From Macrostomum lignano (lineage: Eukaryota): DNA of 64,000 bases. Where the stretch lies: contig NIVC01002564.1 of assembly GCA_002269645.1 (NCBI GenBank), forward strand, positions 97,306 through 161,305. The letters are read 5' to 3'. Both the position numbers and the translations under genes were made by a program. Positions 1 to 11,945 of this stretch are shown piece after piece. The notes below the pieces were generated by a model that was given only the letters and a program-made list of their open reading frames with translations, ran no database searches and was not told the DNA's origin. Each line of letters opens with the position of its first letter. Positions within the stretch are counted from its first letter, which is position 1.

Positions 1-130
1 GAGCAGGTCTTGGTAGAGCTTTAAGCATCGCTAAGCAGCTGCAAGCTCCTGAGCAGGTCTTGGTAGAGCATTGCAGCGCTCAAGCAGAAAGCACGCTCCT
101 GAGCAGGTCTTGGTAGAGCATTGCTAGTGC
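1..130 (+). repeat. Three ~50-bp tandem units with core gctcctgagcaggtcttggtagagc, possibly the 5' region of the adjacent retroelement
   Basis: gagcaggtcttggtagagc recurs at 1, ~51 and ~101. Confidence 0.75.
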
Positions 131-754
131 TATAGCTCTGGTTTTCCAGCCTACCCTATTGGCAGGAAATCAGTTAGCTGAAGCCATTCTGCTAGTGTCT
201 ATTCGCGACACAGGCGCGAATAAGAGTGAGAGTGAGTGTGCAGTCGCAGCACTCGTGCGCGATTCTAAGACTAGCTGTTAGTTTATAGGCCTAGAGTCTA
301 TTGCTGCTTCAGGCGCATAGACCTATTTCCTCGCCGCCCATCTGCGCGAGACGTAGCTATTAGGTTAGTAAGAGTTAGGGGTCCTCTGAGAGCTAAACTC
401 AGACACGCTCAAGCGCGGACATTTGTCAGTGCCAGGACTGCGCCGCTCAGGCCATTTGCTACCATTGAGTCCTGTCACTTGGACATTGAAATATCTGAGA
501 CTAGTTGTTCTAGCGTTATTTATTTGCGTGGAGCCCAAACAGACCCCTTCATTGCGGATCCTACGGTTCCCACGCTGGTGGCAGCACTACCCTTAATTTT
601 AGATTTCTCCCCAGTCTCAGCCCCCATAAGTATAACCGCTAAGACCGCCCCGGCCAATAGCAGTCCACCTAGTTCTATCCCGGGCAGTAAAGCGAGTTAT
701 AACACTTTTCTCCGGCCCTGGACAGTAGGCATGACCGTCTCTCAGGGCATTCAC

Positions 755-2290
755 TGCTTGCAGGTCAACCTGCAGCACAGCGTTGCTGCTTCAGTCAACC
801 TCATGAAGCACAACGCACCAGGAATCATTCTTATCCAGTAACCTTGGACGCTCAGGGGCAGCCCACAAAACGTCCCCTCCGGCTACCAGTTTTTAACCGC
901 TGGCCCCCGGGAGGAAAACCTGGCACCAAGATCCTGTATCGTGGTGTCTAGCTTTATTAACGCATGGATCAGATCGGACCTGTCCACCAGGGACTCTGTG
1001 TTGTCCAATCTGAAGACATACTCCCTGGGAGAGCTTGTCACATTGGTAGAGCTTTGCTCCACCAGAAATTATGAGCTGCTTGTGGCAGGCGACATCAACG
1101 CCCACCACACCCACTGGGGCAGTTCTGAAATCAACCAGAGAGGTGAAGACTTCCTGACCTATACTACAACTACAACCCTTAAGTTCTGCAACTCGGGTAG
1201 TACCCCTACCTTCAACAACGCCCTTGCCACGCCCAGGCTTCTCCAGAGCACTAGTAGGGAGTGGCGGGTGCTTCCTGGGGCGTCCCTCTCCAATCCCAAG
1301 TTCATCTCTTTTAAGCTGGCCAGCGCCCGAAACGCAGACCAGCTGTACTGGAAACGGAATGCTAGGATTACCGACTGGACTACTTTCAGGAGTGTCCGGA
1401 AGGAGACCTATCGTTGCACTAGCGCTCCAGTCTCCACCAACACCTGCGAGGAAGCAGATAACTTTTCGGCCGTGCTCACGGACTCGCTCACTGCTGCCTT
1501 CGAAGCCTCGGGCAAATAAAGGCAAACAGCCGGCCCCATGGTGGAACCCGCAGCTTGGCGACCTCCGTCGCAGAACCAAAAGGCTTCACCGTAGGGCCCA
1601 GAAAATTAAAAACTTGGCCGACCAAACCACCTACCTGAACACAATCCACGGATTCAAGAGGCAGGGTCAGGAACGCCGAAACAAACAAGTGACGCGAAAA
1701 CTGTGAGGAACTCGAGGTCACCACCTCCAGGATCGTTAAAGCGTTTACGCAGGACAAAATGTCCAAACTTTCCTCAGTCAAGAGAGCCGACGACTCGCCC
1801 ACTGAAAACCCAGGAAAACACTGGAGGCGATGCTTACAGCGTTTATCTCGAACGAGCCAGCCAGGCCCGACCCCCTGATCACTCCCACTCGCACCTTATC
1901 AGGTGGATCATGTATACGATCAGTTTTCGTACTGCCACCGCGCACCTGCTGGGCCACTAACGGATGATAAGCATCTGCAAAGGCAGCCCCCAAGGCGGTG
2001 TTCTTTCTCCAGTTCTCTGGAACATGGTAATCGATGAGCTCCATTAGGACAGCCATCTTGACTACAGAACACAGACACAGACCACAGACCACAGACCACA
2101 GTAAGTTCTGTGATCTTGACCCCATCATTAAGGTCGGTTATGTCGATGATGTCACAGCCGTGCATGGCATCCGGGCCGTCACCTGAAACCCTTAGAGATC
2201 TTTTACAAAACTTTATTCGCTCTGCTGAACAATGGACGGACAGGTCCGAGACCAAAACTGTCGCGATCATATTCGCCAGCAGGGTCAATT
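755..2290 (+). mobile_element. Degenerate non-LTR retrotransposon (LOA/R1-like): APE endonuclease plus internally deleted RT
   Basis: APE motifs LQVNLQHS...IILIQ*PW (stop at the conserved E) and LLVAGDINAHHTHWGS. Linker PAPWWNPQLGDLRRR. RT motifs GSPQGGVLSPVLWNMVIDEL (from 1982) and GYVDDVTA (2136), then TLRDLLQ..AEQW..KTVAIIF. It has stops and frameshifts, lacks the N-terminal RT subdomains, and is 3' truncated. Confidence 0.88.
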
Positions 2291-2314
2291 GGCGTATTCG
2301 TCCATTAAAGCATT

Positions 2315-2465
2315 ATGGAGAGGGAAGAGGAGAAAATAGAGCAAAGAAGGAGAGAAGAGAGGAGAAAGGAGAGAAGGAGAGGAGAGAGGAGCGAAGAGAG
2401 AAGAGAGAAGAGAGAAGAGGGGGAGAGGAGAGAGGAGATGAGATAAAAGAAGGAGTAAGGAGCAG
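2315..2465 (+). repeat. GA-rich low-complexity tract at the retroelement truncation point
   Basis: gagaagagag/ggagag purine run. Confidence 0.8.
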
Positions 2466-3233
2466 AGACGGGACACAAACCTTGAGCAGGCCGAATTGCT
2501 ATTGTGAAGTTTAAAAGGATCCGAGGGCCGGATAGAGAGGCTTTGCAGGCTACATGGGTGCCGGAATTTTCCCTCACCTGGTCTATTGTGCTTTGTTTGC
2601 TTATATTTTGGTCTCAGTTCTGGCAAAGTTTTCTGAGATTAGTCTATGGCTCAAGCTGGGTTGATAATAGTACGAGCGTTCATGAATAGAGATTGCGTTT
2701 TTGGCAAAGTAAAGATCGCAAAAAGGTATAATTAATCTTGGATTTAATTACAAGTTTCGATTAGTCCATAAAAAGCACACGTACACATTTCAAATAAACC
2801 GAAAAAATAAAGCAAACAACGTCATCTGTACTTTTCTGCTGCGGCAGAGATGCTATCAAAATGTCTATTATCAAAGTCTCGTGTTGACCGCGTGTTCGAT
2901 TAGCATTATCTTTTAAAAAATTCTCAAGTCTTGCCGCTAAACACAAGCTCTGTGTCAAATATGACGTCCGCACCATTGCAATCAAGTTAAAGCCGAAACG
3001 AGTTCAAGTAGGCACAAGCCGATAAGCCTCGCATGCCACGCGCTGTAATCAAAATCGGAAGACTTTTTTACAAGATAACTTACAGACTGGTAAATAGAAA
3101 TTGCTAGGCGTGCACTTAGATCACGCGTGATCTGCTCTACAAGCCCTTATCTGACCCACCGACTAGGGTGAACGTCCGAACTCGGGCTCGCACTCGCCTC
3201 GTGGGTGAGTGCTGCACTGCGATATTCTTAGGC

Positions 3234-3241
3234 TATAAATA
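3234..3241 (+). promoter_or_regulatory. Candidate TATA box of the dioxygenase gene
   Basis: TATAAATA about 110 nt upstream of ATG 3348. Confidence 0.45.
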
Positions 3242-3347
3242 CTCTCGAAAAAGCATACCATTGTGGCATGACCTAGCAGGCTCGCCGCACGAATCTACCT
3301 TATTCAAGACAATTGCTTCGAACTAAGACTCTTTGCATCTTTCACCC

Positions 3348-6034
3348 ATGGCTCGAGTGCTACTCCGCGGTCGAAGCGACGTTGTTGGCGCGATGCGTCC
3401 AAGTTTTCCTCAATTCTTGGCGAGGAAACTGGCAGATAGAGACACAGAATTTCCTCGGCGTATGGGCCCGCGCGAGACCAGGGCGCTGCTGTCCGACTCG
3501 TCCGCTACCGGTCAGCGCCAGTTTTCATTGCTACGCCGAACCCTAACGGAGTCTGGAGCTCTGCATCTGACGGGAATAGCTGGAATTGATTCGCCCGAAA
3601 GATTCCAGTCGTTGCTATTCCGTCTGGGCCTGGCAACGGTGGAATATCGAGGCGGCCTGGGGCACAGAGTGGCCGGATCCAAGTCCGGAAGTAACCGGGT
3701 CTACTCAGCCAGCGATGAGCCGCCCGAGTTCACCATTGAGATGCACAATGAGAAAGCGGACACGCCAGACCTCCCGGATGTGGTAAGTTTGCAATCGAAC
3801 AGCGAAATGGGGCATACAGTTTGCTTCTAAGTCAATGCTTACAGGGGTATGTTGAGATGTCGAGGCTTACAGGAGGGATAGCTGAGATGTCGAGGCTTAC
3901 AGGAGGAATTGTTGGGATGTTGAGGCTTACAGGAGGAATTGCTGAGATGTCGAGGCTTACAGGAGGAATTGCTGAGATGTCGAGGCTTACAGGAGGAATT
4001 GCTGGGATGTCGAGGCTTACAGGAGGAATTGCTGGGATGTCGAGGCTTACAGGAGGAATTGCTGAGATGTCGAGGCTTACAGAAGGAATTGCTGGGATGT
4101 CGAGGCTTACAGGAGGAATTGCTGAGATGTTGAGGCTTACAGGAGGAATTGCTGAGATGTCGAGGCTTACAGGAGGAATTGCTGGGATGTCGAGGCTTAC
4201 AGGAGGAATTGCTGAGATGTCGAGGCTTACGGAGGAATGTTGAAATGTCAAGGCTTTCGGGGTGGGAATTGCTGAGAATTCACAGCTTACAGTACAGCGG
4301 AATAGCTAAGATTTCAAGGCTTACAAGGGATTGCTGTGATGTGAAGGCTGAGAGGTCAAAAACTACATGTCATGTACTCATGGTCTCGATGACCCCCATG
4401 ACCTATTTTCTCTGGTGCTACTGCAGAAATTGCGTTTTTCGAAAGTAAATGAGTGAAAAAACCGGAAGAATATTTTTGCTTTCTCACAGTGCACAGTAGA
4501 AAGGTTTATAGAGAAACCAGCCAATTAGCAAACTAGTAGAGGTGGCGCAAAAGTGGCGCCATCAAGTACGAGACTATTTACGAGGGGCAGGCAAGTTCAA
4601 ATGGCTATTTAAAAAAACTAAGCAGACTCTCTTAAACGCTGAGAGAATCATCGTTGCCCGTTCTGGCTCGTCTTTCTACTCGAAAAAAGCTGAAAATAAA
4701 TTCAATTTAATCGTGTTGCTCTAAGGATTCGAACGACCTTCAATTCTTGTATAGAAAAGGTCAAATTTACTGCAGTTAAACAAACTTACATTAGATCACT
4801 AACACTTACATTACATGCGACCATGCAGCGCTGGCGTGATGAATAACTAGTTTGCCGTCAATCTGGTTTTTTAATATGGTGAACTATGTCGCACTCTAAG
4901 GATATAATTTGCATTCGTCTACTATTATTGGTACTCAAGTGCATTTAGTGCCACAAAAATAGTAAAGGCCGGCAATCCTGAACGCACTTGTCTGTGGCGT
5001 GATGCCTTGCATTATTCACGCCTTCTAGTGTGCGTGAACGCGTGCTTGTGGCTAGCTAAAAATAGCTTATCTCTCTCTAAATAGGTGTTTTCCGTCTTTC
5101 CCAATGCGCTCGCGTAGAGATCGAGCCTCGCCAGACATGCCCGGACCGCGTGTGTGCAATCTCTTCTTATCTTCTGCGTTATCTCTACATTAAAGGGGCT
5201 GAGAGAAGAGTTTTTTATTACCTGAGCCACCCGCGTCACTTAATTTAAGCGCGGTAACTTTCGCTGCGATAGGAGTATTATTGAAGGGTAAATGCACGTT
5301 TACTGTATTATGACAAACACGCTTTGTAGCAAAAAAGTTACATGTACAATTTTCAACAACAATTTATGTTCTATTTACTTATTTGTTTGCAGATCAGCTT
5401 CTGGTGCGAAGTGCCAGCCCAAGCCGGTAACGGAGGCGAAACGGTGCTATTGCACAGCGACTCCGTTCTTGATCGAATTGATCCCGCCGTCTTGAAACGC
5501 CTGGAGGACAAGAAAATTTGCTATTGGCGAAGATTGAAGCACAAGCGAGAGGCCGGCGATTATCTTAGCTGGCAGGCGGTAAGTAGGGACTGGCGAAGAC
5601 GGGTGAATACGGACGCAATATACATTTAGACATAAAGATTGTTGCTAAAAATAGAATCCCGCGCCCGAAGAAAGAGTTCTTCGTATCGTATTCCCTGCCA
5701 CGTCACTACTGAACGCAACAATTATCACGTGACTACTCTGAACCAATAGGAAATATCGGGTAATTCCTGGAAATCCCAAATGTCGGAGACATGATATTTT
5801 TCAATTCTAAAACCGCGAATTTCATTTTTTACAGGTTTTCCACACCGACGACAAAGTGGCAGTTGAAACCTATCTGAAACAGAGACAGTTCAGCCTTCAG
5901 TGGGATTCGAATAACGACTCCTTGACTTATTGGAATGTTATTTCGCCAACTAAGATCCATCCAATTACTGGTGGGTAAAAAGCATTGCTTTGATTTTACT
6001 CTATCTATCTATCTATCCATCTATCCATCTATCC

Positions 6035-6131
<97 letters not shown>

Positions 6132-6558
6132 AGCTGGCAGGTATCTTACCTACCCATTGGCTTTCCAGCTGCCTTAATCGTTTCCGGTGATCTTGTGTGC
6201 GTGCTTTCAGCTTGATTGGCTGCGGCAAGCAAGCTCGAAAGAGCTCGCTTCGCTCGCTCTTTCTCGCTATCTACTATCTATAGCCAGGACCTGCACCGGA
6301 GCGGTTACGAAAATTAGATTTCTCGGTAGTTGCACGTACTCTTTTGCACTACTTGAGTAGTCTGATTTTCGTTCGGCATAGCTGGTTCCAGCAGGTAGTT
6401 CCTCTGGATAAAAGCGCTTACCGCGCCCATTGGCTTTCCAGCTGCCTTAATCGTTTCCGGTGATCTTGTGTGCGTGCTTTCAGCTTGATTGGCTGCGGCA
6501 AGCAAGCTCGAAAGAGCTCGCTTCGCTCGCTCTTTCTCGCTATCTACTATCTATCTAC

Positions 6559-6657
<99 letters not shown>

Positions 6658-7012
6658 CCTATCTATCTATCATCTGTCTACAATTGCAGGCCGCAAGGTG
6701 TGGTGCAACTCGATCCAGTCGCATCACTCCTCGTACTACTCTGTGCACCCCAGCTACAGAGGGGCATCAGAGCACCTGTTTACGTCGTTCTATGGTGACC
6801 AATCACCAATCGAGGACTCGGTGCTGCAGCACATCCGAGAGGCGTCCTGGTCCGGCGCCATCGGGTTCCAACTGGGCCGGCACGAGATGGTCATAGTGGA
6901 CAACCATCAGGTGCAGCATGGTAGAATGGCGTTTCAAGGACCGCGAAAACTCAAAGTGGCTATCAGTAAGCCGTGGACCTTTTGCGGCAAATCCGTTATC
7001 CCATCGGATTAA
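3348..7012 (+). CDS. TauD/TfdA-family Fe(II)/2-oxoglutarate dioxygenase (clavaminate-synthase-like; SyrP/DdaC/At3g21360-like subgroup), 359 aa
   Basis: Exons 3348-3782, 5393-5578, 5835-5970, 6690-7012. All introns are GT-AG with consistent phases (0,0,1); total 1080 nt. Motifs YRGG..R, VYSASDEPPEFTIEMHNE (H-x-E), ISFWCEVP..GGET, SWQ.VF.TDD, HPITG.KVW.N, YGD.SPI, VDNHQVQHGRMAF.GPRKL.V. AATAAA at 7195. Confidence 0.92.
3845..4340 (+). repeat. 30-bp minisatellite (gtcgaggcttacaggaggaattgctgagat)n in dioxygenase intron 1
   Basis: About 14 near-identical units that decay toward the 3' end; source of the spurious MSRLTGGIAE ORFs. Confidence 0.95.
5998..6130 (+). repeat. (ATCT)n microsatellite in dioxygenase intron 3
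   Basis: Read directly from the sequence. Confidence 0.95.
6153..6554. mobile_element. Miniature element with identical 129-bp direct terminal repeats (6153-6281, 6426-6554) and a 144-bp interior, lying within (ATCT)n
   Basis: The two copies cccattggctttcc...gctatctactatctat matched base-for-base by eye; ATCT arrays lie on both sides. Confidence 0.55.
6546..6670 (+). repeat. (ATCT)n microsatellite ending ~20 nt before the exon 4 acceptor
   Basis: Read directly from the sequence. Confidence 0.95.
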
Positions 7013-7534
7013 GACAAAACTGGATGCTAGCTCGTACTTAGAAATAACCGTTTGAAATGGTCAAAATTTAAACAAGACCTGTTTTCAAATATATTTAATG
7101 ATTAAGTTTCGCCGCTATGAAAAACCTCCAAACTCTGATAGTGCATATGCTCATAAGTTACTTCACCTGCGTGTAATATTAACAATTCTGTGTTAATAAA
7201 GCTTTCTGTCTATCACTTCTTTCCATAGCTTTCACACGGTGCTAACGTTATTCCATTTGAGTTCATCTGAATCGTCAAATATCTATTGTTGTATATTTTG
7301 TTTGCTTTCACCGGTGTTAAAAATTACTTTTTTGTTATTGTTTCATGTGGTATTGAAACGATTGAATGAAGTATATGTAGCTATCTGTACCTTTTCTTTG
7401 TCAATTACATTGTTGCATTGACTATCACAATTGGCATAATATTGACTTTTTATTGTTTTTTTCTTTTCGAATTAAAAGAAAAATCTCACGGCTGAATTTC
7501 TCTGCTAGGCTCACAACTAGATTATCTTACAAAT

Positions 7535-7815
7535 GAATAATCTCACAACTCGATAATCTCACAACTCGATAATCTCACAACTGGATAATCTCAACTAGAT
7601 AATCTCACAACTGGATAATCTCAAAACTCGATAATCTCACAACTAGATAATATCACAACTGGATAATCTCAACTGGATAATCTCACAACTCGATAATCTC
7701 ACAACTATATGATCTCATGGCTCGATAATCTCACAACTCGATAATTTCACAAATCTTGATAATCTCACAGGGTTTTAATCTCATAGCCTGTTTATCTCAT
7801 CTTGATAATCTCATA
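7535..7815 (+). repeat. ~16-bp minisatellite (gataatctcacaactc)n
   Basis: About 15 units. Confidence 0.9.
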
Positions 7816-8439
7816 GCTTAAAAATCTAGTGCCTATGTGAAATATAAGTTGAAAAAACTCAATTGCTTTCATTTCAATCGCCTTACGAGCGTAAATGTTT
7901 CAAATCTAGCCAAAATTTACCCCACTTATACTATCAATGCCGCTAATAAGTAGGCAGATAAGCACGCAGCAGACATATTTGTGCTAGCCACTAAAAAAAC
8001 TATTTAAGCATAAATCGAAAAGGAAAGATCTCGTTCAGTGAGCTCACTGAGAGGCAAATGGTTCGAACTGGTGGGCCGAACAGTTTTGTTTTAGCCAGTC
8101 AGCCGAAACTAAACAGATTGCAGGGGACACGAAATCGGCCTCTTTCATATTTCTCTATTACGATACGCATCAGCGATATGATATAAGAATCTGAAATACA
8201 GAGATCATGTTGATCAATTATGCCTTGTAGGGAGTGTGTTTGAGAAATGCTAGCACAAAAAAGCAGACTAAGGTTATCCTCGTGGGGATAACTTATATCC
8301 AGAAGCCAAAAAGAAGAACATGAAATGCCAGCTTTGGCAAATGGGAGGCGGAAGATATTCACGGAGCATAAACAAGACTGCAGTGAGATAAGTCAGTTTT
8401 GCTTGGCTGGCGACTCCAATGGTGGAGTGATAGACTTAT

Positions 8440-9495
8440 CATCTACTAATATGGGATTTCTAGTCTACTAATTTGGGATTTAAAATAAAATCTACTAATT
8501 TCTAAGGATTTCTAATCTAGTAATCTAGGATTTCTAGTCTACTAATCTAGGATTTCTAATCTACTAATATGGGATTTCTAATCTACTAATATGGGATTTC
8601 TAATCTACTAATATGGGATTTCTAATCTACTAATCTTGGATTTCAAATCTACTAATCTAGGATTTCTAATCTACTAATCTTGGATTTCTAATCTACTAAT
8701 CTTGGATTTCAAATCTACTAATCTAGGATTTCTAATCTACTAATCTTGGATTTCTAATCTACTAATCTAGGATTTCTAATCAACTAATCTTGGATTTCTA
8801 ATCTACTAATCTAGGATTTCTAATCTACTAATCTAGGATTTCTAATCTACTAATCTAGGATTTCTGATCTACTAATCTAGGATTTCTAATCTACTAATCT
8901 GGGATTTCGAATCTACTAATATGGGATTTCTAATCTACTAATCTAGGATTTCTAATATACTAATCCAGGATTTCTAATCTACTAATCTAGGGTTTCTAAT
9001 CTACTAATCTAGTATTTCTAATCTACTAATCTAGTATCTCTAATCTACTAATCTAGGATTTCTAATATACTAATCTAGGATTTCTAATCTACTAATCTAG
9101 GGTTTCTAATCTACTAATCTAGGATTTCTAATCTACTAATCTAGTATCTCTAATCTACTAATCTAGTATTTCTAATCTACTAATCTAGGATTTCTAATCT
9201 ACTAATCTAGGGTTTCTAATCTACTAATCTAGGATTTCTAATCTACTAATCTAGTATTTAAAATCTACTAATCTAGGATTTCTAATCTACTAATCTTGGA
9301 TTTCAAATCTACTAATCTAGGATTTCTAATCTACTAATCTGGGATTTCTAATCTTCTAATCTGGGATATCTAATCTACTAATCTGGGCGATTTCTAATCT
9401 ACTAATCTGGGATTCCTAGTCTAGTAAGTTGGTATTTATAATATAATCTACTAATCTTGGATTTATAATCTACTAATCTGGGATTTCTAATCTAC
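8440..9495 (+). repeat. 22-bp minisatellite (ctactaatctaggatttctaat)n
   Basis: About 45 units. Confidence 0.95.
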
Positions 9496-10274
9496 AATTT
9501 TTGTTTACAATCTCCTAAGGTAAGTGTAAATATTTCTTTTCTTCAAAATTTTATATCTTAGCAACAATATTTCAGACCCTGCCAAAAACCATATCGCTCA
9601 AATCTGCAGTTTGCCCGAAGGCCTTGACAGCAAGACAGACAGACAGTAATGATAGGTGCGCGGCTCATTTATTTGACGTGTCCAAACCAGACTCAACCCC
9701 TCAGGCTGCCATCTACTCCCCACAGAGTCAATTGGCGTAACCGGTCACTAAACCACAAGGAACAATTTCTGCTCAAGCTCAAGCAGCTTGCGGGCTTACG
9801 GTGAAAGCAAAAAAACATGACGCTGTCTTCTTATACTCTCGGAACTGCCAATTGAAGGTTATGAAGTCATAATGGGATTTTGTGCGGCAGGGTGCGAGTA
9901 GGCAGGCAGCTCGTCCTGGACAGCTCGAAATCTGACCGGTTCGCTCGAGCGAGGAAAATCAGATTTGAAAATCTGCGCTCACAGGCCTCCGCCCGAACCT
10001 CTCATCCCACTTGATCGAGAATTTCCCAACCCCATACCCCCTCTCTGTATCCTGACCTTGCATACGTTAAAAAGAAAATTTCTAGTGGAATCCCCAATCT
10101 CCGACTTCTTGGGGGGGGGGGGGCTGGAACTGCGGATCAAGGAGTCCTTGAAGGGAATCTGGGATTTCTAAAATCTTTGGCGAAGAAAGCAAGTTTTACA
10201 AGTTTTCTGTTCGGTCGAATAGGGATTTGTTAAACTTTATCTCACGAATTCAAACTTAATAAATTCTCTGAATT

Positions 10275-10880
10275 ATGCTGTGAATAAACTGGTTTATCTA
10301 CTATGAATAAACTGGTTTATCTGCTATGAATAAACTGATTCGTCTGCTATGAACAAACTGGTTTATCCGATATGAATAAACTGGTTTATCTACTGTGAAT
10401 AAACTGGTTTATCCGAAGTGAATAAACTGGTTTATCCGAAGTGAATAAACTGGTTTATCCGAAGTGAATAAACTGGTTTATCTACTGTGAATAAACTGGT
10501 TTATCTACTATGAATAAACTGGTTTATCTACTATGAATAAACTGGTTTATCCGCTGTGAATAAACTGATTCGTCTGCTATGAACAAACTGGTTTATCCGA
10601 AGTGAATAAACTGGTTTATCTACTGTGAATAAACTGGTTTATCTACTATGAATAAACTGGTTTATCCGAAGTGAATAAACTGGTTTATCTGCTGTGAATA
10701 AACAGGTTTATCCGATGTGAATAAACTGGTTTATCCGAAGTGAATAAACTGGTTTATCTGCTATGAATAAACTGGTTTATCCGATGTTAATAAACTGGTT
10801 TATCCGCTATGAATAAACTGGTTTATCTACTATGAATAAACTGGTTTATCCGATGTCAATAAACTGGTTTATCCCATGCG
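10275..10880 (+). repeat. 23-bp minisatellite (gaataaactggtttatccgaagt)n with quasi-palindromic core ATAAAC-tg-GTTTAT
   Basis: About 26 units. Confidence 0.95.
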
Positions 10881-11659
10881 AATAAACGGGTTTCAAAAAG
10901 CCTTCGCGCTCCAAATTCTTGTAAAAGATCTCCTTGAGATGAGAAGACACAAATCCTGAGAAATATGGACAGGTTGAAGGCAGAAGGACACTGCGATGGG
11001 ACAGACAGTAAGTAGTAAAGAGGAAAGGGGAGAAGGGACGCAAAAAACACACTGCAGGCTTGATTTCCCGCTCAATCGTCTTCCCCTTTTCTCTTTCGGT
11101 CCCCCAAAACCGCTCCCGAGATTCCCAATTATTCTCCCATCTCTTCCCCAGCCATCCCGTATGCGCCTCTGTCGTATTCGCCTTCATGATCTCTCCCTCT
11201 TCCCTCTGCATCCCCAAGCGCCCGGGACCCCCCCCCCCCGGCCACAAAGACTGGCTGGCTAGGCGGCAACTTTGACTCGGCAATCTCATTAATCCCTAAG
11301 CCGATTATGTCGAGCCTCCTCTCTCTCCTTCTCTCTGCCTCATTCTTCCTCTTTCTGTCTGTCTGTCAGACCTCAAAGTGGCTTTGGAGAGAAATTGAGA
11401 CACAAAAAGCGCGGATGAAGTTATAGGTGGAAGATTTAAATCCGCGCGATTGCATCTGATGCTCTCCTACACTCCCTTAATCTGATCCGGTTTCACTCAT
11501 TTTTTTGTTATAAATCCCGACTTCTGCGCTGTTCGTTCCTGGGAGAAAGCGGTTGCTTTTTTTACCGGAAGCTTTGCGCTGCGACTGATTTGTGTGTTTG
11601 CATTGCTGAGACCGGCTGACCGGCGAGCTGATGCTCCCCTCTCCAACACCGGCTGCCCT

Positions 11660-11945
11660 TCCCGGCTGTCCCTCTCCCTCTCTGCCTCTCCCTCTCTGCC
11701 TCTCCCTCTCCCTCTCTGCCTCTCCCTCTCTGCTTCTCCCTCTCTGCCTCTCCCTCTCTGCCTCTCCCTCTCTGCCTCTCCCTCTATGCCTCTCCTCTCC
11801 CTCTCTACCTCTCCCTCTCCCTCTCTACCTCTCCCTCTCCCTCTCTACCTCTCCCTCTCCCTCTCTACCTCTCCCTCTCCCTCTCTACCTCTCCCTCTCC
11901 CTCTCTACCTCTCCCTCTCCCTCTCTCTCGATCTCTCTCTCCTTT
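11660..11945 (+). repeat. CT-rich repeat (ctctccctctct variants)
   Basis: Similar to the tract at 47815-48085. Confidence 0.9.

Noticed and set aside
6126-6141. 16-nt exact match (tatcttagctggcagg) to the end of dioxygenase exon 2 (5561-5576)
   Set aside because: Short and partly overlapping ATCT low-complexity sequence; it could be chance or a repair template, and no function is supportable.
3348-7012. Recent bacterial HGT or contamination as the origin of the TauD gene
   Set aside because: It has three canonical spliceosomal introns containing host-type satellites, plus a TATA box and polyA signal, so any transfer would be old.
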